Shown piece after piece: positions 27,289 to 41,626 of a DNA stretch of 64,000 nucleotides (its first letter is position 1; the number at the start of each line of letters is the position of its first letter). Both the position numbers and the translations under genes were made by a program. This stretch comes from Octopus vulgaris (taxonomy: Eukaryota): assembly GCA_951406725.2 (NCBI GenBank), contig OX597815.1, positions 47,678,001 through 47,742,000 of the forward strand, read 5' to 3'. The notes below the pieces were generated by a model. That model did no database searches. It saw only the letters and a program-made list of their open reading frames with translations, and was not told where the DNA came from.

Positions 27289-27688
27289 CAGCGGTTCTCA
27301 ACTGGGATCCATGTGACCCCGGGGGTCCATATAAGAATGTCGAGGGCTCATTCAAGCAAAACAGTAAACTAAGGACACACAGTAGTATTTTAAGGGTCCA
27401 TGAAAATAATGTTGCTTTATGATCTATAAATGAATCGTAGATGAGATCGCTAGTTTTCTTTAAAACGTTTTATATAATTTGGCATATTTTCAGACACTGA
27501 AACATGGTGTCTCACAGGGTGCTATGACAAACCTACGCAAGTAAAGGTGTGAAAAACAAAATAGGAATTTAAATACATAAATATATAAGACTAGTTTTTT
27601 TAAACATCTAAGGGTTATGGGGATTCACAAGAATTAAATAGTTTTCAAAGGGGTCCATAGATAAAAAAAAAATTATTGATAATCACTG
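27289..27688 (+). mobile_element. hAT/Charlie-type MITE with 8-bp TSD
   Basis: TIR cagcggttctcaa / ttgataatcactg; TSD ttctctac / ttctatac. The 3' part and flank are tandemly duplicated at ~27780-27960. Confidence 0.8.
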
Positions 27689-28419
27689 TTCTATACGATC
27701 GCATAGTCTTCAAGAAATAAAGACCAAATCTCTCTCAAATATCCCCTTAACTCGTTAAAAGAATTTAAAAACATATGAATATATAAAACTAAATTTTAGA
27801 CATTAAATGGTTATGGGGTTCCACAAGAACAAAATAATAATCAAAGTAGTCTATAGATAAAAGAAAAATTTGTAGGGAATTGCTGCTCTATACGATCGCA
27901 TGGTCTGCAAGAAATAAAAGCCAAATATCTCTCATATAACTCCCTAACGCGTTGAAAAAAAGAGAAGGAACACATCATATAATATACATATATACATATA
28001 GATACTCACCAAAAGATGGCCGAACCAAGGATGCTTTTTACCACAGATCTGCTCTATCAAGGCTGACCTTGGGCTAAACATCAGCAACAATCTAAACTAA
28101 ATATCATATACTTTAACCTCAACATGTCATTCCATCTTTCCAATTCCAATTCATGATGTGCCTCACCATCCCTCAAGCACTTTAGGACTTGTAGATTCTA
28201 CCATTCCTTATATTGCAACAAACAACAAAGGATCAAAGCTGCGGACCTTTGGTGCTTTGGAATGGTAATGATGTATTTTAATGTCAGATATTACAGTAGC
28301 GTCATACCCAAGGGTACCTGACTAACAAGATCGATTGTATGCGCTCACAAGCGTGTTTCTCAGTTTGAAATATATAACTATGTATATTACGTATGTATGT
28401 ATGTATGTATGTATGTATG

Positions 28420-28450
<31 letters not shown>

Positions 28451-28558
28451 GTATGTATGTATGCGTTTGTTTGTTTGTCTATCAATTCTATCAATTTATA
28501 TATGCATGTGTGTGTGTATATATATTGTATGTATGTATGCATGTATATATATAATACA

Positions 28559-28593
<35 letters not shown>

Positions 28594-28742
28594 GTATATA
28601 CATATATATACATATATATACTTATATACATATATATGTGTATATATATATGTATATACATATATATACATATACATGTATATATATATATGTATATATA
28701 TATATATGTATACACATATATATACTATATATTCTTACACGC

Positions 28743-28816
<74 letters not shown>

Positions 28817-29747
28817 TTAAACACATGTACATATATATATATGCATATATGTATGTACATGCATACACACATACACGAACACACACACATTATACACATA
28901 CACACACGCACTTATATTGTGTTATGTATATGTTTGCATGTGTATGTATGTCAATATACGAAAGCGTGTGATTGAGTGATTTAGGTGTGTGTAAAAGTGT
29001 CTTTATAATGTTTGAGTCACTCCCTTACCCTCTCACACGCTCTCTCCTCCCTCTCTCCTTCTCTCTTTCACCCCTCCCTCCTCTCTCTCTCTCTCTCTCT
29101 CTCTTATATATATTCATGCAAGCAAGACGTACTAATAACTACGGTACATACATATATTGACACAAATACTAATTCACATATTAACAAAGAATAGATCGTA
29201 GGCCTGTTTCTGTGATGAATATTTCAGATGATCGATAAACAAAACTACTTACTTATTGTACTATCATGAAAATGGCCGAATATCCTCAGTAAAATTCAAC
29301 ATAGCAAAGTGTGTGGTACAGTTGGGTCTTCAAATTACATGTACAGTCCAAACAACAGGTTTCACTACAGTTTTCCTCTACCAACGTCGCTTACAAACCT
29401 AGAGATTATCGATGGCTATAGTGGAAAAATTTTGCTCAATATTCCGCAAAATGGAATCGAGTCTGAGACTTCAAAATGGTGAAGTAAATTTCTTAACCAC
29501 CCGAAACAGAAATACCTACCACGCCACATACACAAACACACACACATACACACAGAGAATCGGTTAGCTCTTGGGAATAAGACGATTAGTAGGATACAAC
29601 TGTGAAGTGTTCTTATAGAGCTTTGAGTGGTGCTATTTCTTGTGGGAAAGCTAAAAACCAGGATCCATTGAGGAACGCACTCGAGCTAATGTAGTGGATA
29701 TTTTAGAAGTAGATATTAAAATGTTATTTCCAAATGAAGATCGCAGA

Positions 29748-30375
<628 letters not shown>

Positions 30376-31152
30376 CCGTAATGACATTTCCATCGGAAGA
30401 ATTCGAGGATAGGTGTCTACAAACGTTGTCGAATATGTTCCTCAATTTACTGCGTGGGCGATTTGATCGCCCATGTATGTATCTTAATTTCTCATTTGGT
30501 TCGTGCTTTGCGCGGATTTTATTTTATTTTCTTGCCCTAAACTTGTGTCTAGATTATTAAGGACATTAAGTATCTTGGTAAGTTTCCAGTTTTCTGAAAT
30601 ATTTCTAGTTGATTTGTCAAACGCTATCTAACTTATGACCATTACAGTTTCTCTCTGAAATCAAGCCATCATCACGTTATAAACCTCTATCGATCTTAGG
30701 AAACATTTTTCAATAAATCTAGAATATCCAATTTTGACTCACCTGAGTAGCGTAATATGGAACAATTCATCTCTGTTTTTCTTAAACCATGTATCATTAT
30801 CAAATAACATGGGATATTCCCTTGTATTCATAATTACATTCGTATCTGAGATTGCTTCCGCAAAATCTTGACCTTTTTTTATCCACTTACATCACACCTA
30901 ATTATCATTGCACTGCTCCACCTACTAATCAATAAAACAAACCATGCCAAAAAGGACCAAAGTGAATAACAGTTCCATGAAAGCCAGTAAAATGTAATTT
31001 CGAAATCACTATCAAGCTTTTATTTGTAAAAGTTCACACACACACACGCACAAAGTAAATATATATATATATATATATATATATTTATTTATATATATAT
31101 ATATATATAAATATATACATATACTTATACATATACATATACATATATATAT

Positions 31153-32984
31153 ACCCCTAAAATATTTCAGTAAAATTGCCATTACTCTGATAATATCGAA
31201 GGAAGTCAAACGAAGTTTATACTGAATAAAACATATACATGCAAACATTATACAAATTTAGAAAACAAAATAAACATTTTCAAAGATATAAACGAAATAT
31301 TAATTTTAAAACGATACATAAATATGCACACCTAAAGGATTATTTGCTATATTCAATATTTGGTGTAGCCACCCTCCCTTTCAATGACTGCATTAAATCT
31401 TCTGGGCATAGAGTTGACTAAATTTCTGCATATATCCTGTGAAATCGAATTCCATTCATCCTGAATGATGTCTTTCAGCTGATTTTCTCTTCAGCTTTCC
31501 TTTTCAAAACATCCCACAGATGTTCTATTGGGTTTAAATCAGGTAGCATGATAGGCCAAGGTAATACTTTTACCTTGTTATCTCATAAAAACTTAGTCGT
31601 CGACTATGAAGTGAGTTTAGGGTCATTATCGTGTAGGTACATGGAATGTCTTCCTAGTCAGTTGATGCTTTTCAACATTGCTTTCTGCAATATGTCACTA
31701 TAAAGGCTTGAATCCATTGTTCTCTCAATAAATGTGAATCCTCCCTCACCAGCCACACTCATGCATCCCCAAAGCATGACACTTCCGCCACCGTGTTTCA
31801 CGGTAGACAGGGTTTATTTTTCGCAATTATCTTCACCTGGTCATCGCCATACTAGTTTAATACCACCTGACCCAAACAAGTTGATTTTAGTCTCGTCAAA
31901 AAAAAAAAAAAAGAATTTTATTCCAAAACTCCTTCCTCTTACATAGGTTTCGGCAAAAGACGACTTAATTTATGCCTGGTAGTGAAGAGAGGCTTCCTAC
32001 GAGGAATGCGTCCATGAAGACCACACTGGTTCAAGCTTCGGTGGACTGTTTGGGCGGATACACTCTTTCCACTAATAGAAGACACTTTGAGGCAAAAGAT
32101 GAAGCGGTACGACGCCTGCCCTCCATCACGCAACGTCGGATGTGGAGAATATCATGCGCAGTTAAAATAGAAGGACCTGGACGATGCTTATTGCTTAGCC
32201 GACCAGTGGTTTTGTACTTCTGAATTACTTTGGCAACTGTGTTTACACAAATATGCATTCGTTTGCTAATTAACTTGTATCCTTAATCATTCGTGTGCAA
32301 ATTAAAAATAAATTTTTTCAAGTCTTCAGATAATTCTTTTCCTTTTGGAAAATTTTCAGCACGTTATACAAATCAGAATTCCTGCAGGCATAATAACAAT
32401 GACCAGTGCAAAAACGCCAGGAGAAATAATTTTGTGAATTGAAATTATCAGCAATATCTGAATTTATTTTTTTTAAAAAGTGGATAAAATATTGAATATT
32501 GTAAATTTCTTTTGTGGCGGCACGTGGCCTAGTTATTAGGACAGCGGGCGCCCGGTCGAGCGATCGCGGGTTCGAATATCAGACGGGGGCGATGTGTGTG
32601 TTTATGAGCGAAACACCTAAGCTCCACTTCTGCTGACTGTTTCGCTACAACTTTCACTCTTTCCTCCTGTATCTAGGAGCTCACCAGCGACGAACCGTCG
32701 TCCCATCCAGGTGGGGAACTTATGAAACCGGGAAACTAGCCCTTATGAGCCAAGAATGACTCGAGAAGCAACCAATAAATTTCCTTTAGGGTGTACATAT
32801 TTTTGTAACGCTTGGAAATTAATATTTCGTTCATATTTTTGAAAATTTTTATTGTTTTATGTTCCAAATTTGTATAATACTTGCATGTATAATATATTTT
32901 ATTTAGTATAAATTTCTATATTATGAGAGTAATGGCAATTTTACTGAAATTTTTTAGGGGTTTACATACTTCTGTGAGATATTG
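31153..32984 (-). mobile_element. Tc1-like (DD34E) transposon with ~200-bp IR/DR-type TIRs and a pseudogenised transposase
   Basis: TIRs ~31153-31340 and 32781-32984 followed by TA. Minus-strand motifs VAKVIQKYKTTG, RIPRRKP, FDETKINLFG, TVKHGGGSVMLWGCM, HDNDPK and PDLNPIEHLW, with stops and frameshifts. Confidence 0.93.
32514..32778 (+). mobile_element. SINE family A, tail type 3, nested in the Tc1 element
   Basis: tRNA head ggcacgtggcctagttattagg...gggttcgaat; tail cccatccaggtggggaac...gaaaccgggaaac. Confidence 0.8.
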
Positions 32985-32991
32985 TACATAC

Positions 32992-33225
32992 TTTTATTCT
33001 TTTACTTGTTTCAGTCATTTGACTGCAGTCATGCAAGAGCACCGCCTTGAAGGGTCTTAGTCGAATAATTCGACCCCTGGACTTAGCATTTTAAAGCCTA
33101 GTACTTATTCTATCGGTTATTTTTTGCCGAACCACTAAATTGCCGGGACATAAACACACCGACACCGGTTGTCAAGTGGTGATGGTGGGGATAAGCACAG
33201 ATACACACACAGACACACAGACACT

Positions 33226-33277
<52 letters not shown>

Positions 33278-34072
33278 CAACAGGATGTCAAGTAGTAATG
33301 CAGTACGACCGTTTCAAGCAGCTCCATTTAATTGAACAATGCAATCATTATATCAATTTAAATTCAATACCATCTTCAGCTCCGCAAATAAATAAATAGA
33401 ATTTTAACAAGTAGGACACATTAATATAAATTTTCTTAAATATTTTAACAGAGCAAGAAGGTGGAATAAATTCATGTTGTCACTATTGTAGTTAAGTATA
33501 GACTACAACTTGTAGAGAATCGCAAGGAGCTAGTGGGGCCATAGGGTTGTATGACCCCACTATGCTCTAAGTGATTCTCTGAAGTGGTAGTCTATACTTA
33601 GCTACAATAACAACAACAGGAATTTCCTCCACCTACTTGCACTGTTAAAATATTTAAGAAAATTTATATTAATGTGTCGTAATTGTTAAAGTTCCATTTA
33701 TCTATTTGTGCAGCTGAAGATGACACTGCATTTAAATTGATGTAATGATTACATTGTTCAATTAAATGGAGCCGCTTGAAACAGTCATATTGCATTACTA
33801 CTTGATATCCTGTTGCTTATTTTCGTTTTATTCGCATTAGTTCGGGCTGTACGGATGATAAAGGACTGATTTGGTGCTTCAACTTAAGTACCTAATTCAA
33901 CTACATACATACACATATACGACAGGTTTCTTTCAGTTTCCGTCTACCAAATCTACTCGAAAGACTTTGGTCGTGGCCCTAGGCTATATTAAAAGACACA
34001 AGGCGCCACGCAGTGGGACTGAATCCGGAATCATATGGTTGGGAAGCAAACGTCTTAGCACACGGCCACAGG
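32992..34072 (-). mobile_element. SINE family D split by the 33271-33903 insertion in its internal microsatellite
   Basis: Tail at 32992-33200, head at 33918-34072. Confidence 0.75.
33271..33903 (+). mobile_element. ~550-bp imperfect palindrome (two ~275-bp arms) plus unique tail; each arm carries a decayed hammerhead
   Basis: Symmetry centre ~33547. Plus arm: tgcag CTGAAGA...GAAA cagtca TA ttgca (33709-33794). Minus arm: CTGAAGA...GAAA cggtcg TA ctgca (33299-33385). Confidence 0.8.
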
Positions 34073-34074
34073 TG

Positions 34075-34365
34075 CAGGTATTGCCGTGCGGTAATTAAGT
34101 TAGCTTCCCAACACTTCGGTTCCAGGTTCAGACCCACTGCGTTGCACTTCCAGCATATATCCTCTACCATAGCATCGGGTCGACAAAAATATTTTGAGTG
34201 GATTTAGTAGACGGAAACTGAAAGAAGCCAGTTGTATATGTATGTGTATCTGTTTGTGTTTTTGCTTGATCTACCACACCGCTCTACAACCAGAGGTGGT
34301 CTGTTTGCGTTCCAATCACTTAGCGCTTCGGAAAAAATGACCTATAGAATTAATAGCAAGTTTAA
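34075..34365 (+). mobile_element. SINE family D
   Basis: ttagcttcccaacacttcggttccaggttcagacccactgcgttgcac...gtggatttagtagacggaaactgaaagaagcc. Confidence 0.75.
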
Positions 34366-34414
34366 AAGCAACGTTTGGTGAGGAAATGACCTACAGAATT
34401 CAGAGCATGTTTAA

Positions 34415-34975
34415 AAGAAACGTTTGGTGAGGAAATGACCAGTGAGTGGTCAGCTCGAAAATGGTTTAAACTATTTCGCAGTGGAGACCTGAGCCTTGAA
34501 GATCGTGAGTATAGTGGACGCCCGTCTGTCATAGATGACGATCAATTAAAGACCGTAATTGAGAAAGATCTACGTAATACTACTCGAGAACGGGCAAAAG
34601 AACTTCAAGTTAGCCAGAAAACTGCCTGCAATCTTTTACATGCGATCAGTACAAAAAAGCTTGACAAATGAGTACCACACAATTTGAATGAAAATCAGAA
34701 AATGCTCAGATATGAAATTTACTAGTCGCTTCTTCTCCGTAACCAGACTGATCCACTTCTCGACCGTATTGTAACTCGCGATGAAAAGTGGATTCTGTGC
34801 AATAATAAAAAAAAACGTCCTTCGCAGTGGTTGGACCCAAATGAAGCACCGAAAACCTACCTTAAACTCGAGCTCTTCAAAAAGAAGGTTATGGAGACTG
34901 TTTGGTGGTGTACTGCAGAAGTCATCCACTATAAATTCTTAAAACCGGAAAACCATTAGTCCAGAAACATGTTGT
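34415..34975 (+). pseudogene. Mariner (DD34D) transposase internal fragment
   Basis: WFKLFRSGDLSLEDREYSGRPS, (W>stop)VPHNL, RIVTRDEKW and KKVMETVWW motifs, with frameshifts. Confidence 0.92.
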
Positions 34976-35059
34976 TACTGCAGAAACCGTTTGTTTTAAT
35001 GTTTTGTTCTCACTCTCCTGTTTTTGTTACCACTTTCACCCTCCGCAAAAATCCCCCAA

Positions 35060-35112
<53 letters not shown>

Positions 35113-35542
35113 AAATATGTGAAACATCCATACAAACCTTTATGCTCTCCATAGATTCACGTATACGAACATGAACTCACATTTGTACCCATTCTTTTCT
35201 TGTGCTGTTCTTTCTATCCGTCTCTTGCTCTTTCTCGCACGCATTCACTCACATACACAAGTGCAATAAAACCAGCTGCAGCTACATCAAACAGATCTCA
35301 ATCCAAGCAAGAAAACGGAGAAGGATTATATAATCCCCTTTCACAAACACGTACAGAGACGCTCACAAACTCATTATATATACATATATATATATATATA
35401 TACTAGTTTCAGCTCAAAAGGTGCGGTCATGATAGTGCATCACTGTTGGTTTTTTATTACACCTCCTTTACTTGAAACCCCTTCTGATGTGTAGCATTTG
35501 GGAAAGGAGGGAGTTTGATGCTGTTGCACACACGCACGCACG

Positions 35543-35592
<50 letters not shown>

Positions 35593-36026
35593 TATAGATA
35601 GATGAGGTAAGAAGCTTGCTTCCCAAAGACTGGTAGGTGGAAACTGAAAGTAACCCGTCGTATACGTTTACATATCTCTGTGTATGTGTCTTTCTATCAG
35701 TCTTTGTCCACCCACCAACGCTTGACAACCGGTTTTGGTGTGCTTGTGTCCCCGTAACCTAGCGGTTTGGTAAAGAAAGGCCGATAGAATAAGAACCGGG
35801 TTAAAAAAAGAAGTACTGATGTCGATTCAGTCAAGGCGGTGAAGGCTTAGCTGTTCAAAACCTCTAAGTCACTCTCAATACTATTCATGTTAAAGAATAA
35901 GCCAACTCTACAATTGTATGTATTATAAAATAAAACAAATAATATATCGTTCCTATTATGTTTAACTGCCGTATGTCCAAATTTGACTAAATACGTTTTT
36001 TTTTTTTTTTGGTAATTATTTTTGCA

Positions 36027-36650
36027 AAGGCGGCGAACTGACAGAGTAGTTAGCATGCCGGGCGAAATGCTTAGCGGTATTTCGACTGCCGTTACGTTCT
36101 GAGTTCAAATTCCGCCGAGGTCGACTTTGCCTTTCATCCTTTCGGGATCGATAAATTAAGTACCAGTTACACACTGGGGTCGATGAAATCGACTTAATCC
36201 TTTTGTCCTCTCTGTGTTTAGCCCTTTGTGGGTAGTAAAGAAATAGGTATTTCGTCTGCCGTTATGTTCTGACTTCAAATTCAGCCGAAGTCGATTTTGC
36301 CTTCCATCCTTTTGGGGTCGATAAATTAAGTACCCGTTACGCACTGGGGTCGATATAATCGACTTAATCCCTTTGTCTGTCCTTGTTTGTAACCTCTATG
36401 TTTACCCCCTGTGGGCAATAAAGAAATAAATATTTATTTTAGCAAAGGCGGCGAGATGGCAGAATCGTTAGCACGCCAGGCGAAATGCTTAGCGGTATTT
36501 CGACTGCCGTTACGTTCTGAGTTCAAATTCCGCCGAGGTCGACTTTGCCTTTCATCCTTTCGGGATCGATAAATTAAGTACCAGTTACACACTGAGGTCG
36601 ATGAAATCGACTTAATCCGTTTGTCTGACCTTTTTTGTCCTCTCTGTGTT
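36027..36650 (+). mobile_element. Tandem/nested trio of SINE family B copies
   Basis: Three ggtcgactttgcctttcatcctttcgg-like units; ttattttXgcaaaggcggcga precedes both full heads. Confidence 0.85.
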
Positions 36651-36661
36651 TATATATATAC

Positions 36662-36692
<31 letters not shown>

Positions 36693-37302
36693 ATGTATAT
36701 GTATTTATGTATTAGACATAATACATTCCCTCACCAACAGAAAAATCATAACAACCATGGCAGCAACATTGACAACCGCTATGGCGTCACCCGATTTGCA
36801 AGAAATAGGAGTTAAATCTCTCACAAATTACACCGTACTTTCTTAAGAAGGGAACTTTTTTCCGTGATACAGAACGAGGTACGCAGGGATTCTAAAAAAT
36901 CGAACGGTCACGGCTGGAATATTTTTTTTTTAATCATAGTTCGATTTGGTTAGAGTTGCTGAAACAAAACATAAGGAATTAAAGACTACGCATACATACA
37001 CTTAACAGGCAAATGTACAGCTGCACATGGACCCCGTACACACATAGACTCTCTCTCTCTCTTCCTTGCAGTCCTTCCTTCTCTCTAGCATTCTGTCTCC
37101 TTCCCTCTCTCTCACACACACACTATCAAACAAACGTACACACACTAATACTTGCACAAACAGACATATGCATACAGACATCTAAAACTGTGCGTATATG
37201 TATCTGTATAAATGTATGTAGATATATGTATATGCATAAACATATGTACACACACATACCTATATATATGTGTATATATATATAAATACATATATATTTA
37301 TA

Positions 37303-37352
<50 letters not shown>

Positions 37353-37424
37353 GTGTGTGTGTGTATATGTATATGTGTATGTATATATGTATGTATATGT
37401 ATATACATATACATATACACGCTA

Positions 37425-37652
37425 TATATTTTATCTTTTACTTGGTTCAGTCACTACACTACGACCATGCTGAGGCTCCGCGCTGAAGTGTTTAGTCGAA
37501 AGGATTACCCCTGTGATTATCTTTAAGTCTGACATTTATTACATCGATCACATTTCAATAAATTACGGGAACGTAAACAAACCAACACCGGTTGTCAAGC
37601 GATGGGGAGGATAAACACATGCACACACATAGAAATACACACACACATAGAT

Positions 37653-37700
<48 letters not shown>

Positions 37701-37860
37701 TATATGATGGGCTTCTTTAAGTTTCCGTCCACGAAATCCACTCACAAGGCTTTGGTCAGCCAAAGGCTAGTTTAGAAGACACTTGCTCAAGATGCCATGC
37801 AGAGGGTCTGAACCTGAAACCATGTGGTCGGGATCCTTACCATAGTCACGCCAATGCCTA
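37425..37860 (-). mobile_element. SINE family D
   Basis: Tail and head both present around a (CA)/(TA) tract. Confidence 0.75.
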
Positions 37861-38655
37861 TATACATACATGATATACATGCATATACATACATACTTAC
37901 ACGCACATAAATACAGACATGCATACATGCATACATGCATATATACATACATATATATAGATAGATAGATAGATATTACGCGCGCACACACACACAGATG
38001 TTCATGTATATATACATATATATTTATGTATATATGTCATATTTTTAAAGAAATTGCACTCACACACATTCTTTTATACGCACTCTTCATCTTTCCTCAA
38101 TTCTCTCTTTTCCTCCTTCTCTCTCTTTCTTTCTCTTTCTTCCTCTCTCTCTCTTCTACTCTCTCACACACACAGGCATATTTGAACATATGAACACACA
38201 CACACACTGTCTCTTTGCCTTGTTCGAGCACATATTGAAGTTCTTTTACATATATACGTACGATCATATCCAATCACACGTAATCATACACACACACACA
38301 CACATAAACACACACACACTCACACACAAACATACACACAAACACAGCACATAAACACACACACACGTCTATACACAGACAAGCACTTGCACATACACAT
38401 ACATAGAACATGGAGAGAGCGCAAAAAAAAAAAAAGAAAAGAAATTGTAGAAGTCTATGGAATGATAAATCTAAAAGAAATCCTGCTGGAATTAAGTCGG
38501 AGAGAATAAATGCAATATTCGCTTGAATGGGTTGAGGCTCAATTCAATTTTGGTAAAATGCTGGCATGGACTTTGGCAGATAATAACCAATAATCACGGG
38601 CTGGGTCTGCAGAGTAGAAAGAGAAAGTGTGTGAGAGACAGTAAGAGAAAGAGGT

Positions 38656-38687
<32 letters not shown>

Positions 38688-38760
38688 GCAGTGATGATTT
38701 TTCTCTCCAATTCTCTCTTACTCTTTCTATATCGCTCTCTTTCTTTCCTTCTCTTCTTCT

Positions 38761-38819
<59 letters not shown>

Positions 38820-38853
38820 TCTGTACATATATGGGTATATGTATGTATATATA

Positions 38854-38903
<50 letters not shown>

Positions 38904-39031
38904 CAAACATGCGTACATACATATATGTAGGTATATTTATATGTGTACACACACCGCTCTCTTTCTTTCTTTCCTTCTCTTCTCTCATTCTCTCTCTCTG
39001 TACATATATGGGTATATGTATGTATATGTGA

Positions 39032-39084
<53 letters not shown>

Positions 39085-39887
39085 AAACATGCATACATAC
39101 ATACATACATATATATGTAGGCATATGTAGATGTGTACACACACACACATATATATATTAACGACGGTGTCAGTATTTATATATATATGTGTGTGTGTGT
39201 GTAAGTATGCATATATATATATGTGTATGTATGTATGTATGCATATATATATATAGATACATACATATATAGATAGATATGCATATATATACACACACGC
39301 ACAAACATATATATATACACACAAACATACACACACACAAACATATATATACACACACACAAACATATACACACACGCAAACATATACACACACACGTAT
39401 CTAGAGTGTGATAGAGAGGGAGAGGAGTACAGTGAGATAGTGAGAAAGATAAAGAGGCCAAGGTAGAGACATTTATAGGCAGATTGGAAGAAACACCTCT
39501 CTTACGGTCTTTTTCTCTATTTCAGGTTGTTCACCATTTTGTTTTCACTCTTTCAATAGGTATAACTGTTTTTTATCTATATCTCTCTCCATTTCTCTCT
39601 CTCTCTCTACCTCTATACCACTCTCTTTCTCCCTCTAAATATACATGGTTTTGTGTGTGTATGTATATCGCTATACGAATGCATGCATACACCATATATT
39701 TCATATATATTACACATAACATATAAATATCATATATATATATATATATAAATATATATATATAAAGATATATATATATATATTTATATATATATATGAA
39801 TATGTATGTTTGTATATATGTATGTATATATGTATGTATGTATATATGTATATATATGTATATATATAGATGTATATGTGTATGCGA

Positions 39888-39926
<39 letters not shown>

Positions 39927-40419
39927 TATATATATATATGTATACATATATACATAACCGCATACAGTTATACATTTGGGTGTAATAGATATACATTAAT
40001 ATATGTATATATACAAGCATATATATATATGCATATATACATACATACATACATGCATACATATATATATACATATACATATACATATGTTCTGTTTGTG
40101 AATATATGTGTAAATATGTGTGAATGTGTATGTACGGGTGCGGGTGGGTGTTCGCGTGCGCGTGTATGTGCGTATTCTTTTCAGCTGATTTGATTGTATA
40201 TAATTTTTTTCTTGCAGTTTACAGTTTCTTTCCTCTATCCATCGAATTCTATGTAGCTACATTTTGCGTCCCCCTCTCTCATTTTAAGTACATATTTATC
40301 TGTGTGTCTGTGTCTTCGTGCGCGCGCGTTTGTACGCATACGCGCGCGTGTGTATACATAAATTGTGTATAACATGTTAGTATTTAGTATATTATATTTG
40401 TCCATATGTATATATATAT

Positions 40420-40812
40420 ATATTCTTTAATTCTTTTATTTGTTTCAGTCATTTGACTGCGGCCATGCTGGAGCACCGCCTTTAGTCTAGCAAATCTACC
40501 CTAGGACTTATTCTTTGTAAGCCTAGTACTTATTCTATCGGCCTCCTATGCCGAACTGGTGGGGGAGGGGCAAACACAGACACAGAAACACACACACATA
40601 TATGTATATATATATATATGTATATATATATATGTATGTATATATATATATATATATACGAGGTGTTTCTTTCAATCTCCATCTTCCAAATCCACTCAAA
40701 AGGCTTTGATCTGCCCGAAGCTAAAGTGGAAGACATTTACCCAAAGTGCCACGCAGTGGGACTGAACTCGGAACCATGTTGTTGGTAAGCAAGCAACTTA
40801 TCACACAACCAC
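40420..40812 (-). mobile_element. SINE family D
   Basis: tgtttcagtcatttgactgcggccatgctggagcaccgcc ... gtgccacgcagtgggactgaactcggaacc. Confidence 0.8.
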
Positions 40813-40816
40813 TCAT

Positions 40817-41566
40817 AGGGTGCGATGCGTAAATTGTTGCCATTTTATATTTTTTTATTTCGTGCATGCGCATTGTGTTTTGTTTTTATTTTGTCGACTA
40901 CAAATTATTGTAGGGTCAGTTGGGCACCGTCTGTGAGAAAAACAGCACCATGTCGCAATTCACTCTGCCAAAAATTTGTAAACGACATGCTGTACTACTT
41001 GGCATTCGCGCCGGAAGCTCTAATACGAACATTTCAGTGTTTGGATGTCAATCTGAGGGTAGTGCAACTTGAGGACATGTAGAGAGAATGATAAAAATCA
41101 AACATTCAGTCAACATCATGGTGATTGGGGGTGATAATTAGTGATGACGACGTTATGCCTCCATTCACCTTCCCACAGAGCTTCACACTCAACACGGAGG
41201 TCTACATCAAGTGCCTGGAGGAGGTAGTGCAGCCCTGGGTCAAGAGGCTGGCTGCTGGAAGACCGTATGTCTGGCACAGGACTCTTCACCATACCACACA
41301 AACAAGAGGACCCAGTCATAGCTGTCAGACAATTTTTGCGACGACATCACCCCTAACATCTGGTTACTTAACTCCCCAGACTGCAAACCCCTTGCTTATT
41401 ATGTGTGGGGCGCATTTGAGTGAGAGACCAACAAAACTCCATGTAACACCAAAGATGAACTGAAGGCAAGGATTATGACAGCATTCACCAACTTATACAA
41501 GGAGACCTTCCAGAAGAGTTTCAGGAGATTCTAAAGTCATCAAGAGTCTGTGTTGAAGCCAATAGC

Positions 41567-41570
<4 letters not shown>
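40817..41570 (+). mobile_element. Internally deleted maT/DD37D transposon (5' end, N-terminus and catalytic C-terminal half)
   Basis: Starts TA-gggtgcgatgcgtaaattg. Encodes MSQFTLPKICKRHAVLLGIRAG, then VMPPFTFP..YIKCLEEVVQPW, QDSSPYH and NSPDCKPL(A)YYVWG. There are 37 residues between the second Asp and the (mutated) third Asp position. Confidence 0.85.

Positions 41571-41626
<56 letters not shown>

Noticed and set aside
30742-30892. Minus-strand ~50-codon open frame ending at cag|gtgagt
   Set aside because: It is short, has an in-frame stop just upstream, shows no recognisable homology, and could be chance.
38539-38612. Minus-strand strong splice acceptor (ctactctgcag) with a short ORF end
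   Set aside because: All frames close within about 22 codons, and the pyrimidine tract is a (CT)n microsatellite.
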